NCBI RefSeq assembly: GCF_963921235.1
Contig: NC_086097.1
Location: 26,724,001-26,788,000 of the forward strand
Length of the DNA: 64,000 nucleotides
Direction of reading: 5' to 3'
Origin: Mobula hypostoma
Lineage: Eukaryota
This document shows, in pieces, positions 50,960-63,834 of the stretch. The notes beneath the pieces were generated by a model, which was not told the DNA's origin, ran no database searches, and was given only the letters and a program-made list of their open reading frames with translations. A program made the translations under genes and the position numbers. Position 1 is the stretch's first letter. Each line of letters begins with the position of its first letter.

Positions 50960-51392
50960 AGGGAGGGTGCAGAGGAGATTTACCAGGATACTGCCTGGAT
51001 TAGAGAGTATGTCTTATGAAGGTAGGTTGAATGAGCTATGGGTTTTCTCTTTGGAATGAAGGAAGATGAGAAGATACCTGATAGAGGTGTACAAAATGAT
51101 ACGAGGCATAGATGGGGTGGATAACCAAAATCATTTTTCCCAGGGCAGAAATGGCTAATACTAGGGGGCATAATTTTAAGATGATTTGAGGAAAATACAG
51201 GGGGATACCAGGGGCAAGTTTTTTTTCAGAGAGTGGTGAGTACACAGAATACCCTACCTGGGATGGTGGTAGAGCAGATATTTTAGGAACATTTAAGATG
51301 CTCTTAGATAGGCATGTCGATGATAAAAAAAATGGAGGACTGTGTAGAAGGGTAGGGTTAGACTGATCATAGAGTAGGTGTACTATGTTCTA
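50960..51392 (+). mobile_element. Old CR1 3' part
   Basis: agggtgcagaggagatttaccaggatactgcctgga..tactatgttcta. Confidence 0.75.
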
Positions 51393-52027
51393 AGACAGTG
51401 TAGCTACTGAGCCCCTTATAAGATTTCTGTTCAATTATCTGCACCAGTTTGCTCACTGTCCAAGCTTAATTTGATCAGATTAAACAGATTCCTACAAAAG
51501 GACATTGTAGAAATAATCAGTTCTCAGATTACCATGTACATGCCAAGCCTATGGCAAGTGGGAGCTCATTACTACTGAATCTGAAGCGATAAAATGGATT
51601 CTGACTGAAAGTTGCTGGGGAAGAAATTATTCTGTTTTATTTGCTTTAATGTAACCCAGACCAAATTTCAAATGTAAATTGATAATCGTTTTCTGCAGTT
51701 CAAAGAGAGATTTGCACCAGTTTCTTCCTCATGCACATTTATTAAAAGCTGAGGTTTCACTTGTCTCACCAACTCTTCTGGATTAGCCTCCAGGGTTTTT
51801 AAGTTTGGAGTCCCTGCATGAGTAAAATGAAGATGAGCTCTATTTGTCACAAGTCCATCGAAACACACAGTGAAATTTGTTTGTGTCAATAACCAACACA
51901 GACCAAGGATTGTGCCTCGGGCATCCTGCAAGTGTCACCATGCTTCCAGTGCCAACATAGCATGCCCACAACTTACCTACCCTAACCCGTAACCTAATAC
52001 TTACCTACCCTAACCTGTAACCTAATA

Positions 52028-53621
52028 AAAGTATCACCCGCTTTTTGAACGTTCGCTTTACGAAACCTCACTGTTACGAAAGACCTACATTAGTTACCTG
52101 TTTTCGCTAACAGAAGGTGTTTTCACTGTTACGAAAAAAGCAGCGCGCGAAAAAAAAAATCAGCACGCGATAAAGGCGCGCCCCGAGCAGCCACTCTCCC
52201 CCGGATTCGGAACTGCATTCCCGCCAGCATTGCTTAAACATGTGCCTCAGAGCAGCCGTTAGCAAGATGAGTTCTAAGGTATCAGAAAAGTCTAAAAGAG
52301 CTTGTAAGGGTGTTACACTTAGCGTAAAACTAGACATAATTAAGCGTTTCGATCGTGGTGAACGAAGTAAGGACAAAGTGAGTTTGGCCTGTGGAAGTTA
52401 ACGAAAATAAGGTTGAAGAGGTTTTGGCACCTCATGATCAAGAACTGATAGATGAAGAGCTGATGCAATTGGAAGAGGAAAGGATAACAATCGAAACCGA
52501 ATGCAATAGCAAACGGACCGAAGGTGAAGTCGTCCAGGAACTGAACGTGAAGCATCCGCATGAGATTTTCGCTGCAATGATAAAGTAAGACTTTAATTTT
52601 GAAAGGGTATGTCAGTGTAGGGCATATTTGCAAGATGGTTTGAGTGCTTACAAAACTGTATGATAGAAAAATGCGCGAGGCTCAGCAGTCAAGCAAGCCT
52701 TCCACATCAGCCACAGCAGACGACGAACCTCAACCTTCGACATCCAGGCGGGCAGTCATAGGAGAAGATGACCTGCCTGCCATAATGGAAACAGATGACG
52801 ATGAGATGACACCCCAGCGTCCCACCACCCCAACCCCCGGGCCCCGGACAGATACTGATTCGCGGAGAATGCAGCTGTAGCCAGGAGGCACACAGCACAT
52901 CTTTAAGAAAAAGCTGAAATAAACAAGCTGATTAATTACGTGCCGGGCGGCACCTAATTAATTAGCATGTTTATTTCGGCTTTTTTCTTAAAGATGTGCT
53001 GGATGCGTCCCGGCTACCGCTGTACCCCTGCATGCTCCGTGGCTCGGTATCGGTTGGCGGCCTGGAGGGTGGGGGCCACTGCACCACCCCAGCCTCCGAC
53101 GACTCAACCTAACACACCATCATCAGTGTGCTTGGCGCTATCCCAATTCCGGTAAGTAAAACATTGTACATACATTATTTCTACTTTATATCGGCTGTGT
53201 ATTTTTACGTGTTATTTGGTATGATTTGGCAGCTTCATAGCCTAAAGGTTACTGGAGAGAGTGTTTTGCCAACAGTGCTTGTGTGAGATTTTCTGCCGAG
53301 AGCGCTTGCGCCGTGTTTTTGCCAAGAGTGCTTGCGTGAGATTTTTGCTACGGAGAACAGTGCAGGCAATCGTTGTAGAGAAGTATTTCTAATTTATATA
53401 GGCTGTGTATTTATCATATCATTCCTGCTTTTACTATATGTTACTGTTATTTTAGGTTTTATGTGTTATTTGGCATGATTTGGTAGGTTATTTTTGGGTC
53501 TGCGAACACTCACAAATTTTTCCCATATAAATAAATGGTAATTGCTTCTTCACTTTACAACATTTCGGCTTACGAACCATTTCATAGGAACACTCTACCT
53601 TTGGATGGCGGGGGAAACCTG
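52028..53621 (+). mobile_element. Internally deleted Tigger/pogo DNA transposon inserted in a SINE
   Basis: Right TIR gcgggggaaacctg-TA; degraded left TIR after TA; 52267 MSSKVSEKSKRACKGVTLSVKLDIIKRFDRGE (psq/CENP-B-type HTH); VEEVLAPHDQELIDEELMQLEE (TIGD1-like C-terminus); no DDE domain. Confidence 0.85.
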
Positions 53622-53680
53622 TACTTACCTGTATGTGTTTTTGGAATGTAGAAGGAAACCAAAGCATCTGGAGGAAACTT

Positions 53681-53788
53681 GCATGGTACAAACGCCCTGC
53701 ACACAGCGATGAAACAGCATGGTACAAACGCCCGACACACAGCGATGAAATTGCATGGTACAAACTCCCTACACACAGCAATGAAATC
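53681..53788. repeat. 36-bp tandem repeat x3 inside a SINE
   Basis: gcatggtacaaacgccctgcacacagcgatgaaaca-like units at 53681, 53717 and 53753. Confidence 0.85.
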
Positions 53789-54149
53789 AAAACCGGGTTT
53801 CTGGTGCTGTAATAGCAATGCTGAAGCCACAATGTGCCCGTGTAACTACTAATAGTGATAATAAATCTGATTTCTGAATTAATATTGGTAGCTGATGGTT
53901 AGTGGGGACATAGTGCATCACTAAAAACCAGAGAGATTCTGCAGATGCTGAAAACCAAGATCGACACAGACAAATCAGCAGGTTAGGCAGCATCTACAGA
54001 AAGGAAGAAACAGTCGACTTTTCTGGACAAGTCACTTTGACTAGAAAGGACAAGGAAGAAAGCGAGAATGTGGGACATCTCCCTATGCTCCCCACCACTG
54101 TCTGTGTAAAGATGGCAGGAGATTGGGAAATAAATAGTCAGAGTCATTG

Positions 54150-54865
54150 AACACTACAACACAGAAACTGGCCCTTCCCCACCTAGTCTGTGCCAAACTA
54201 TTGATCTGTCCAGTTCCATTGACTTACACCCTTTGTCACCCTTCATACCCCTCCCAGTATTGTACCTATCCAAATTTCTTTGAAATACTGAAATTGAACC
54301 ACTTCCACTGGCAGTCCATTCCACACTCTCACCACCATCTAAGTGAAGAAGCTCCCCTTCATGTTCCTCTTAAACATTTCGCCTTTCATCTTTAACCCAT
54401 GACCTCTAGTTCCAGTGGGAAAAGCCTGCTTGCATTTACCCTATCTAAGACCCTCATCATTCTATACTTCTATCAAATCTCTCCTCATTCTCCTACACTC
54501 CAGGGATAAAGTCCTAACCTGTTCAACCTTCCCCTATAACTCAGGTCCTCAAGTCCTGACAACATCTTTATAAATATCCTCCTCACTCTTTCAATTGTAC
54601 TGACAGCCTTCTTGTAGGTTGGCGATTAAAACTACACACAATACTCCAAATTAGGCACCACCAACATCTTATACATTTTCAATATAACATCCCTACTCCT
54701 GTACTCAATACTTCAACTCATGAAGGCCAATTTTCTTCATGACCCTATGTATCTGTGATGCCACTAACAAGAAATAATGTATCTGCATTCCCAGATCCCT
54801 CTGTCCTACTGCACTCTTCAGTACCTAACCGCACACCATGCAAGTCCTACAGAGGTTTGTCCTCG
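54150..54865 (-). mobile_element. Old CR1 3' part
   Basis: Similar to 3180-3800 and 55980-56700. Confidence 0.75.
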
Positions 54866-55979
54866 CACACAATCCGGGCCCACATCCCATCAGAATCTGC
54901 CTGAATTGGGAAGTGCATTGGGGAGAGGAGGAATAACGGGTCTGGGAATGAGAGCTGTGCAGACAACCACGGCTTTCACATCCTGCACTGAATGAACCAT
55001 AAAAAAATAAAGCCACTAAATAGATAAAGGACCAAGTGCCAGATAATTATATGGCCATTAATGAAGGCTATTTCAGCTCTTTCAGCATCCTGACATTTAT
55101 AGATGGAGCATCACTTACAAGCCTTTATATGGGCAACCATGTCAAGGGAAGGTACTTCTCTGGATTTATTGACTCAATGTCTAAACGTGCCTGCTATTAA
55201 ACTGTAGGGGGTGTTGATGGGCCTTTCAAAACACACAAAGCAATTTTAATTACCCGCCAATATCAATGAGGAAAGCCTTAAGGAGAAAGGCCAAAAGTTG
55301 TAACTCATTAGAGGCTTTATGCTGGGGACAGCAACGGCTCAAAGCAGATTAGAGTATGGCAGGGACTCCGGGAAGTATCAATGGAGCAGAACGCAGTTTA
55401 TTTTATGTACTTAAGCACAGCAGTTGTTTAAAACAGAATTTTCCAATGGTAGTCAGTAGCAGGGAGACTATCAGGAAGAACTGATAAGTACAATGAACCT
55501 CTACCCCTGGAATCCACCTCAGTCACAAGCCTCAACATGTGATTGGAAGAGCTTGCTTTTCTCTGCACCTGATGACTTTTGACACAATTGGTACCAAGCA
55601 CCTTAATCCCAGAACTCCCAGTCTCCCAACTTCATCAACCAGAGTATGCCGAAAACCTTGCTGCCAAAGTCCCGGCTTGCCTCAAGTTCTAAATATCTAT
55701 CGTCCTGGGCTTGTGCACCAATTAACTTGTCTTTTATTCTTCCACTGAGCTCAGATTTCTGTGTTCCTGTTATTTTCCCCAATATTCTATGCTTCACCAC
55801 TGGTAGCTGTGTGCTGAAGCTGCCTCGGCCCCAAGTTTGAAAATCTTCTTCCCAAATTCCACATGCTCTGGTCTTCTCGCACATTCCAAAATGCGGAGTT
55901 AGGATAAGTTAGCTGTGGGCATGCTATGTTGGTGCCAGAAACATGACGAAACTTCCAGGCTGCCCACAGCATACAGATC

Positions 55980-56700
55980 ATTAGAATGCTACAGCAGAGA
56001 ATCAGGCCCTTTGTCCCATCTAGTCTGGTGCTGAACCATTAATCTGTCTAGACCCATCAACTTGCACCTGTACTATAGCCCCCCCCCATACATCTCTCAT
56101 CCATGTAGACATCCAAATTTCTCTTAAATATTGAGATCAAACCTGTATCCACTACTTGCGCTGGCAGCTCATTCAACACACTCACCACCCTCTGAGTGAA
56201 ATTTCACCTCAGATTCCGCTTAAATATTTCACCTTTCACCCTTAACCCATGATCTCTAGTTGTAGTCACACCCAACCTCAGTGGAAGAAACCTGCTTGCA
56301 TTTACCCCATCTATACCTGCTATAATTTTGTGTACCTCTAACAAATCTCTCCTCAATCTTCTATGTTCCAGGGAATAAAGTCCTAACCTGTTCGACCTTT
56401 CCCTGTAACCCATGTCCTCAAGTCCCGGCCACATCCTTGCACCATCTCAATCTTCCTTACATATTTCCAGCAGGTAGGTGACCAAAACTGCACACAATAC
56501 TCCAAATTAGGCCTCAACATCTTCACATGTGCTCAATACATTGATTTACGAAGGCCATTGTGCCAAAAGCATTCTTTATGACACTATTTACGACCCTTGC
56601 GGTGACACCACTTTCAAGGAATTATGGATCTCCTCAGTGCCTTACTGCTCACCACGCAAGACCTAACCTGGCTGGTCTTCCCAAGAGTAACACCTCACAC
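55980..56700 (-). mobile_element. Old CR1 3' part
   Basis: MWPGLEDMGYRERSNRLGLYSLEHRRLRRDLLEVHKII. Confidence 0.8.
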
Positions 56701-56706
56701 TCAAGA

Positions 56707-58157
56707 CAAACAAGAGAAAATCTGCAGATGCTGGAAATCCAAGCAACTCACACAAAATGCTGGAGGAACTCAGCAGGCCAGGCAGCATCTATGGAAAAGA
56801 GCAAACAGTCGACGTTTCAGGCCGAGACCCTTTGTCAGGACTGGAAAAAAAATAAGTCAGAGTTAGAAGGTGGAGGGAGAGGAGGAAGAAATACAAGGTA
56901 GTAGGTGAAAGGTGAAAACAGGAGAGGGGTAGGGGTGAAGTAAAGAGGTGGGAAGTTGATTGGTGAAAGAGATACAGGCCTGGAGTAGGAAGCATCTGAT
57001 AGGAGAGGACAGAAGCCCTTGGAAGAAAGGGAAGGGGAAAGAGCACCAGAGGGAGGTAATAGGCAGGCAAAGAGTTAAGGGGAGAGAGGGAAATGGGAAT
57101 GGGGAATGGTGGGGGGGGGGTTATCATTACTAGAAGATCAATAAATCGATGTTCATGCCATCAGGTTGGAGGTTACCCAGAATATAAGGTATCACTCCTT
57201 CAACCTGAGTGTCGCCTCATTGGGGCAATACATGTCATGGACTGACATGCTTGGAATGGAAAGTGGAATTAAAATGGGTGGCCACTGGGAGATCCCGCTC
57301 CTTCTGGCGGACAGTGCGTAGGTGCTCAGCAAGGCGGTATCCTAATCTCTGTCGGGTCTCGCTGAAATACAGGAGGTCACACTGGGAGCACCGGACACAG
57401 TGTATGACCCAACAGACTCACAGGTGAAGTGTATCCTCACCGGGAAGGACTGTTTGGGACCCTGAATGGTACTGAGGGCTGAGGTGTAGGGGCAGGTGTA
57501 GCATTTGTCCCGCTTGTAAGGATAAGTGCCAGGAGGGAGATCTGTGGGGAGGGACAAATGAACAAGGGAGTTGCGTAGGGAGCAATCCTGTGGAAAGCAG
57601 AAAGTTGGAGGGAAGGGAGGGAAAGATGCGCTTGGTGGTGGGATCCTGTTGGAGATGGCAGCAGTTATGGAGAATTATGTGCGGGACATGGAGGCTAGTG
57701 GGGCAGTAGACGAGGATGGAGTGAGGGCAGACATATGTGAAATGGAAGAGATATGGTTGAGGCAACATTGATGGTGGAGGAAGGGAAGCCCCCTTTTTTA
57801 AAGAAGGAGGACACCTCTTTTATTCTGGAATGAAAAGCCTGATCCTGAGAGCAGATGTGGTGGTGACGTAGGAACTGAGACGCAGGATGGCATTTTTACA
57901 AGTAACAGGATGGGAAGAGGTACAGTCCAGGTTAGTGTGAGAGTCCGTCGGTTTGTAAAAGACTTCAGTAGATAACCTGTCTCCAGAGAAGGAGACAGAG
58001 AGATTGAGAAAGGGGAGGGAGGTGTTGGAAATGGACCAGGTAAATCTGAGGGCAGAGTTGAAGTTGGAGGATGATGAAGTCGACAAGTTCAGCATGGGTG
58101 CAGGAAGCAGCACCAACACTATCATTGATGTAGCGTAGGAAAAGTTGGGGAGTGATA
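56707..58157 (-). mobile_element. Longest Penelope-like copy (RT C-terminus, GIY-YIG, terminus), degenerate
   Basis: LFLRYINDSVG (RT YIDD-like), LPFLNLSV..FYKPTDSH..SSHP, GTYPYKRDKCYTCPYT; hammerhead at 56806-56843 with CTGACAA. Confidence 0.88.
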
Positions 58158-59935
58158 CCACACCTGCCAGATCCTTTCTGATACCACCAAAATTGGTCTT
58201 TCTCCAATTTAGAATCAACACGAGGACCAGACCTATCCTTTTCCATAATTACCTTGGAACTAAAGGCATTCTGATGACTAAATGCAAAGGGTCCCCCTAC
58301 ACAGACTTCTGTCACCTGTCCTGTCTCATTCTCTAATAGGATATTTCGCATCACACTCTCTCTAGTTGGGTCTTAAATACTGATTAAGGAAACTTTCTGA
58401 ATACATTTGACAAACTCTTTCTCATCCAGGCTTTTTACAGAATGGGACTCCCAGTCAATATGTGGAAAATTTAAATCATCTAATTAAAATTAAAAACAAC
58501 CTTATGTCTCTTGCAACAGTCTGCGATCCCTCTACGAATTTGCTCCTCTAAATCTCATGGATTATTGGGTGATCTACAGTATAATCCCATTAATGTGATT
58601 ATACATTTTTTATTCCTCAGTTCTACCCTTAAAGCCTCACTAGACGAGCTCTCCAGCCTGTCCTGACTGAGCACTGTTGTGACATTTTCCCCGACTAGTA
58701 ATGCCACCCCTCCCCCTTTAACCCCTCCCGTTCTATCACATCTAAAGTAACGGAACCCTGGAACATTGAGCTGCCAGTCCTACCCCTCCTGCAACCAAAT
58801 TTCTCTAAAGGCTGAACTGTCATAATTCCACGTGCTGATCCATGCCCTAAACTCATCCACCTTTCCTACAATATTCCTTGCACTGAAATATACACAGCTC
58901 AAAACATTAGTCCCTCCATGCTCAACATTTTGATTCCTGACTTTGCATGTAGGCTTAACAACATCTTTCTCCACAACCACTCCACTATCTGTTCTGGCAC
59001 TCTGGTTCTCACCCCCCTGCAACTCTAGTTTAAACCCCTCCCCCATGCAGCACCAGCAAACCATCCACAGGGGTATTAGTTCCCCCTCCAGTTCAAGTGC
59101 AAGCCTTCAATTCTGTACAGGTTCCAACTTCCCTGGAAGAGGGCCCGATGATCCAAAAATCTGAAGTCCTCCCTCCTACACCAACTCCTTAGCCACATGT
59201 TAAACTGTATAACCTTCATATTTCTGGCTTTACGAGCACGTGGCACGGGTAGCAATCCTGAGATCACAGCCTTGGAGTTCTTGTCCTTTAAGTCAGCATC
59301 CAAGTCCCTGAAATCACTTTGGAGGACCTTGTCACCCATCCTACCCATGTCATCAGTACTGACGTGGATCACGACCTCTGGCTGCTTTTAACAATGCTGT
59401 GGACTCAATTCGAGACGTCCCTGACCCTGGCACCTGGTGGGTAACACACCAGTGGGCAATTTCACTCTCGCCCAGAGAACCTCCTTTTCTGTTTCCCGAA
59501 CAAACAAACTCCCTTTCACCACAGTTCACTTTTCTCCCCATTCCCTTCTGAGTCACAGAGCCAGCTTCTGCATCTTCTCCCTAGTACCTCATTTCCTCAC
59601 CGCCCCCCCGCAACAGCATCCAAAGCGGTAAACGTATTATTGAGGGGAATGACCACAGGGGTACTCTGCACTGGCTGCCTATTCCCTTTCCCTCTTCCAA
59701 CAGTCACCCAGGTACCTGCCTCCTGTAACTATCTGCCTCTATCTCCTAACTATCATTCTCCTGTATAAGCCGCAGGTCATCCATCTGCAGCTCCAGTCCT
59801 GAACACGGTCTCTAAGGAGCAGCAGCTTGGTGCACTTTATGCAGATATAGTTATCAGGGAGACTGGAAGTCTCCCAAAGTTCCCACATCTCACACAAAGA
59901 ACACTCCACTAACTCTGGGCCCATTCTCAAAGCAT
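58158..59935 (-). mobile_element. CR1 5' portion: ORF1 (zinc finger, SGNH esterase) and the endonuclease start
   Basis: VECSLCEMWELWETSSLPDNYICIKC; AVISGLLPVPR..FNMWLRSWCRREDFRFLDH..GLHLNWRG; CVYFSARNIVGKVDE. Confidence 0.85.
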
Positions 59936-60314
59936 TAGATATGAACTAACTTACTGTAACCTCATTTAGAGCCTGGGCCCATAGCTGTCCTCTCCCAAGT
60001 CTGCTGAGCCAAAGCCGGATTATTCTAACACTGTGCGCTCCAACAATGGCCACTCTATGTACACCTCCTTTCCCATTATTGGCTCAAAGTAACTTACTCC
60101 TGGGACATGACCTGCAGTTTTCAAATGGCTCCCACCCTACAAGATGTCGCACTCTCACTCTCTACTCCAAAATGAACGCTGAAATGCTTCATTTGTGTGA
60201 ACAACCACAATGCGAGTTACAGAAGTATCCTTGGACAGCGTTGGTTGGTCACACACACGAAGCATTTCACTGTATGTTTCAATACACGTGATAATTAAAG
60301 CTTATCTTTAAACT

Positions 60315-60650
60315 TCAGCCTCCCCACCATCAAGGACATCTTCAAAAGGTGGCAGCATGCACCATTAAGGACCCTTGCCTCACAGGACGTGCCCTCTTCT
60401 CATTACTACCATCCAGGAGGAGGTACAGGAACCCGAGGATACGCTCTCAGCATCTTAGGAACAGTTTCTTTACCTCTGTCTCCAGATTACTGAACACATA
60501 ATCGCTACCTCACTATTATGGACTATTTAATTTTTTTTGAATATTTCATATTGTAATGTATGGTAATTTTTATGTATTGCACTATAATGCTGCCGCAAAA
60601 CAACATATTTCACAATTATGTCAGTGGTAATAAACCCGATTCTGATTCTG
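60315..60650 (+). mobile_element. Rex1/Babar 3' end
   Basis: ggcagcatgcaccattaaggacc..ggaggaggtacagga..aataaacccgattctgattctga. Confidence 0.75.
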
Positions 60651-61464
60651 ACGGTGATTAGCAAAGAACCAGAGAGAGATTTGCAATGGTTATTAACTTA
60701 CAAATCAACTACCCACGGAATGAAAAAAAGTTTAAACACAAATCGAAGACATTAAAGTTTTGTGGCAATTTTCTTCTCAAATCTGGACGTCCCAAACTGC
60801 TTTACTACCAAATTGACCCTTGAACATTGAGGACATGCTGTTGGCTTCGGAACGTGTGGTGACACTTGCAAGCTGCCCCCAGCACATCCTTAGAGAGTGT
60901 GGGTTGTGAACACAAATGACACATTTCACTGTATGTTTTGATGTCCATGTGATAAATAAATGAATCAGTATCTGGATTAATGAAGCATGAGGGAAATACT
61001 TTAATGAGTGTTGGTAATTGGCAAATTATGTACTGAGGTGCAGTGAAAAAAATAGCTTTGCTTGCCGTACAGATCATTTTATCACATGACAAAGTATTAG
61101 CAGAATGCAGAATATATTACTACAGGCAAAGGCAATGTAGGCAGCCAAAGATCAGATCCGTTGAGTACGAAACAGCTCAAGCTGTGAGAACCATTAAAGG
61201 CCCAATTTTGTCAACGTTTCAGACCAAGACCCTTCATCTGTATGGGCCAAAATGTCAACTACTTATTCCCCTCCATTGATGCTGCCTGATTTGCCGAGTT
61301 CCTCCAGCATTTTATGTGTGTTGCTCAAGATTTCTGTGTCTATAGAATCTCTTGTGGTTATGAACTCCTAGTTTTGCTTGATTACTGTGAAGGTCTTGCT
61401 GCAATCTGTATATTTCAAGCTGTCTAAACTACAGCAATGAAAGAACAACTGGTTCTTTTGGGCT

Positions 61465-61872
61465 TTTCTCTTTGGAGCGAAGCTGGGGCTTTTCTTCTTG
61501 GGGTGAAGGAGAATGAGAGGTAACTTCACAGAGGTGTATAAGGCAATTAGAGGCATTGACAGAGTGGACAGCCTCAGTGCCTTTTTCCCAGGGCAGAAAT
61601 GGCTAATATGGGAGGTTATAATTTTAAGGTGATTGAAGGCATGATGTCAGAGGTAGGTTTTTTAATACACGGTGAGAGACGAGTGCATGGAATGCACTGC
61701 CGGGGTGGTGGTAGAGGCAGATACATTAGGGGCATTTAAGAGACTCTTACACGGACACATGGATGAAAAGAAAATGGAGGGCTACGTGGGAGGGAAGGGT
61801 TAGATTGATCTTTGAGTCGGTTAAAAGGTTGGCACGATACCCTGGGCACTGTGCTGAAGTGTTCTATGGTCT
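61465..61872 (+). mobile_element. Old CR1 3' part
   Basis: ggagaatgagaggtaacttcacagaggtgtataag..tggaatgcactgcc. Confidence 0.72.
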
Positions 61873-62141
61873 AACAGTACAATACGCTGTTGGATAGATT
61901 TGCTTGGGAAGTGCCAGTACCAGTTCATATAACTCTAGAATAACAAATTAAGGAGACTACTGAACAGTGTCTGCCATGCTTCAGTGTAATATTCTTTTCC
62001 TACAGTTGTCACACTCCTGAGAATACAGGATCTAAATTTAGGCAGAAGCTAACACGCCACCTTCAACCTTTTCTCCCAAATGGATGCAAAAAATCTAAGT
62101 GAGGGCTTATCCCCAGAATTTTAGATTATCATCCCTTCAAT

Positions 62142-62220
62142 CAGGTGTTCACATTTTTTTTAATGGCATGAACCTCAACCATTAACAGAGGGATCCATGG
62201 ACCTCAGGTTGGGAACCCCT
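62142..62220. mobile_element. Possible short hAT-type MITE
   Basis: caggtgttcac ... ggttgggaacccct imperfect TIRs; no clear TSD. Confidence 0.4.
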
Positions 62221-62525
62221 ATCTGAAACCAACAGTTCAAATTCTCTCACTCCTCTTCTCTTCATCTGCCCAGCACCCTCTGGTTCACACCGCTTTCCTT
62301 TTCTCCTGTGGTTCACTTTCCCCTCCTATCAGATTCCTTCTTCAGCCCTTTACCTCTTCCACCCATCACCTCCCACCTTAGTTTATCCACTCTCCCTCAC
62401 TTTCCTCTGCACCTGGTCGTACATTTCACCTACAAGAGAAAACCTGCAGATGCTGAAAATCTGAGCAACACACACAAAATGATGAAGGAACTCAGCAGGC
62501 CAGGCAGCATCTATGGAAAAGAGTA

Positions 62526-63138
62526 TGTAGGGTTCTCAGTAATATTAACTGTTAACTGCTAATTATAAAATGGCTTCTCTGAAGTGTAATAATGAAATGG
62601 CTTCTTTGTAATGTTAACTATGAGGTAATGTTCTCTGTAGTTGAAATGTTTGGGTTATACTTATAGATAACGGAGGAACAAACCAATGGAAGCTATGTTA
62701 TTCTATCTGTATGTGTGGGAACCTGGGTGAGTGCGCAGGTTTTTCGGGAGGAGAACCGAAGAGGAAGGACGTGCTGGACGCGCTCTGGTCGAACACCGTG
62801 GTTGGTCCCAGGCGGTGGGTCGAGGAGGTCGGAGGAGATCAAATGGTGGAAAGAAGACCCTGTGAATTGAGCTCCAACAGTTGTGCATGAAGTGGTTGAA
62901 CTCTAATAAGTTTGGCGCCTTTTACTTTCCGTTTATATTGTATCTCTATTAATTACGTAGTTTCAATAAGATTTATAAAGCGTAATCTGTAAATCGTACA
63001 TTGTGTGCTGTCTGATATTTGATGTGTGAGTTTGTGCCAGGGTGCATTACACAGCAACTACGTAAATGTGAGACACGGTTCGGTGGGCAGACGGGGTTTC
63101 CCCTAGACAAACACGAGCTGATAGCCCTGAGCATTACA
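62526..63138 (+). mobile_element. Solo LTR (613 bp) inserted in a Penelope terminus
   Basis: TGTAGGGTTCTCAG...CTGAGCATTACA; 4-bp TSD AGTA at 62522-62525 and 63139-63142. Confidence 0.88.
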
Positions 63139-63178
63139 AGTACAAATGACATCTCAGGCCGAGACCCTTCATCAGGAC

Positions 63179-63800
63179 GCTGGGTGGGGAGGTCTCTGTT
63201 TGTGGGAGCTGGGAGAAGACAGGATGGAAGATGGCTGAGGATGGCATCCCTGTTGCACAAGGTGCTTTATGCAGACGAATGGCTTTGAGGAGGAAGGACC
63301 AATACTCCTGTGGGAGAGCTCGTTTTTTCAAGATAGACTTCGAGCGACTTTCGGAAGGTGGTGTGTGCTTTCACGCAGACTATGGGTCTAGCGTGTGAAT
63401 TACAGACAAGTTCAACATTTGAGCTCCACCATGTACATGTAACTGTTTAAGTATAATGGACCTTTTTCCGTTTTTTTCTTTCTTTCCTTTAATAACTGTT
63501 TGCTTAAATTAACAATCTTAAATATACTTCTGATTAATTTAATGCAGTGTACAACCTGTTATTTCTTGCTGACAGATGATTGCCGGGGGCCGTAAATCAC
63601 ACAGCATTCACACAAGCCAGTGTTTGAGTGGGCAAGACATCCCAACCTCACGGATTTGGTGGGACCAAAGTCATATCAACCCTAGATGTACGAAACCTGG
63701 GTATGAAAGATGGGTTTCTCGCTGCAGAGCCCAGTGGCTGTTAGCAAGGGGCTAATGAACCGCATTTCCAGAGACGCCCAGTGAAAGGAGGGTTTCATAT
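63179..63800 (+). mobile_element. Partial LTR of the same broad family
   Basis: Shares tttgagctcca, cacagcattcacacaagcc..cacggatttggtggg motifs with the 40928 and 25285 LTRs. Confidence 0.65.
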
Positions 63801-63834
63801 ACAACTCTGAAATTTGTCATATCTTGGGGTAGTC

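Noticed and set aside
52267..52588. Domesticated TIGD-like gene
   Set aside because: Early stop, DDE domain deleted, TIRs retained
53681..53788. 36-bp repeats as a CRISPR array
   Set aside because: Head-to-tail with no unique spacers, located inside a SINE, no cas genes, eukaryotic context
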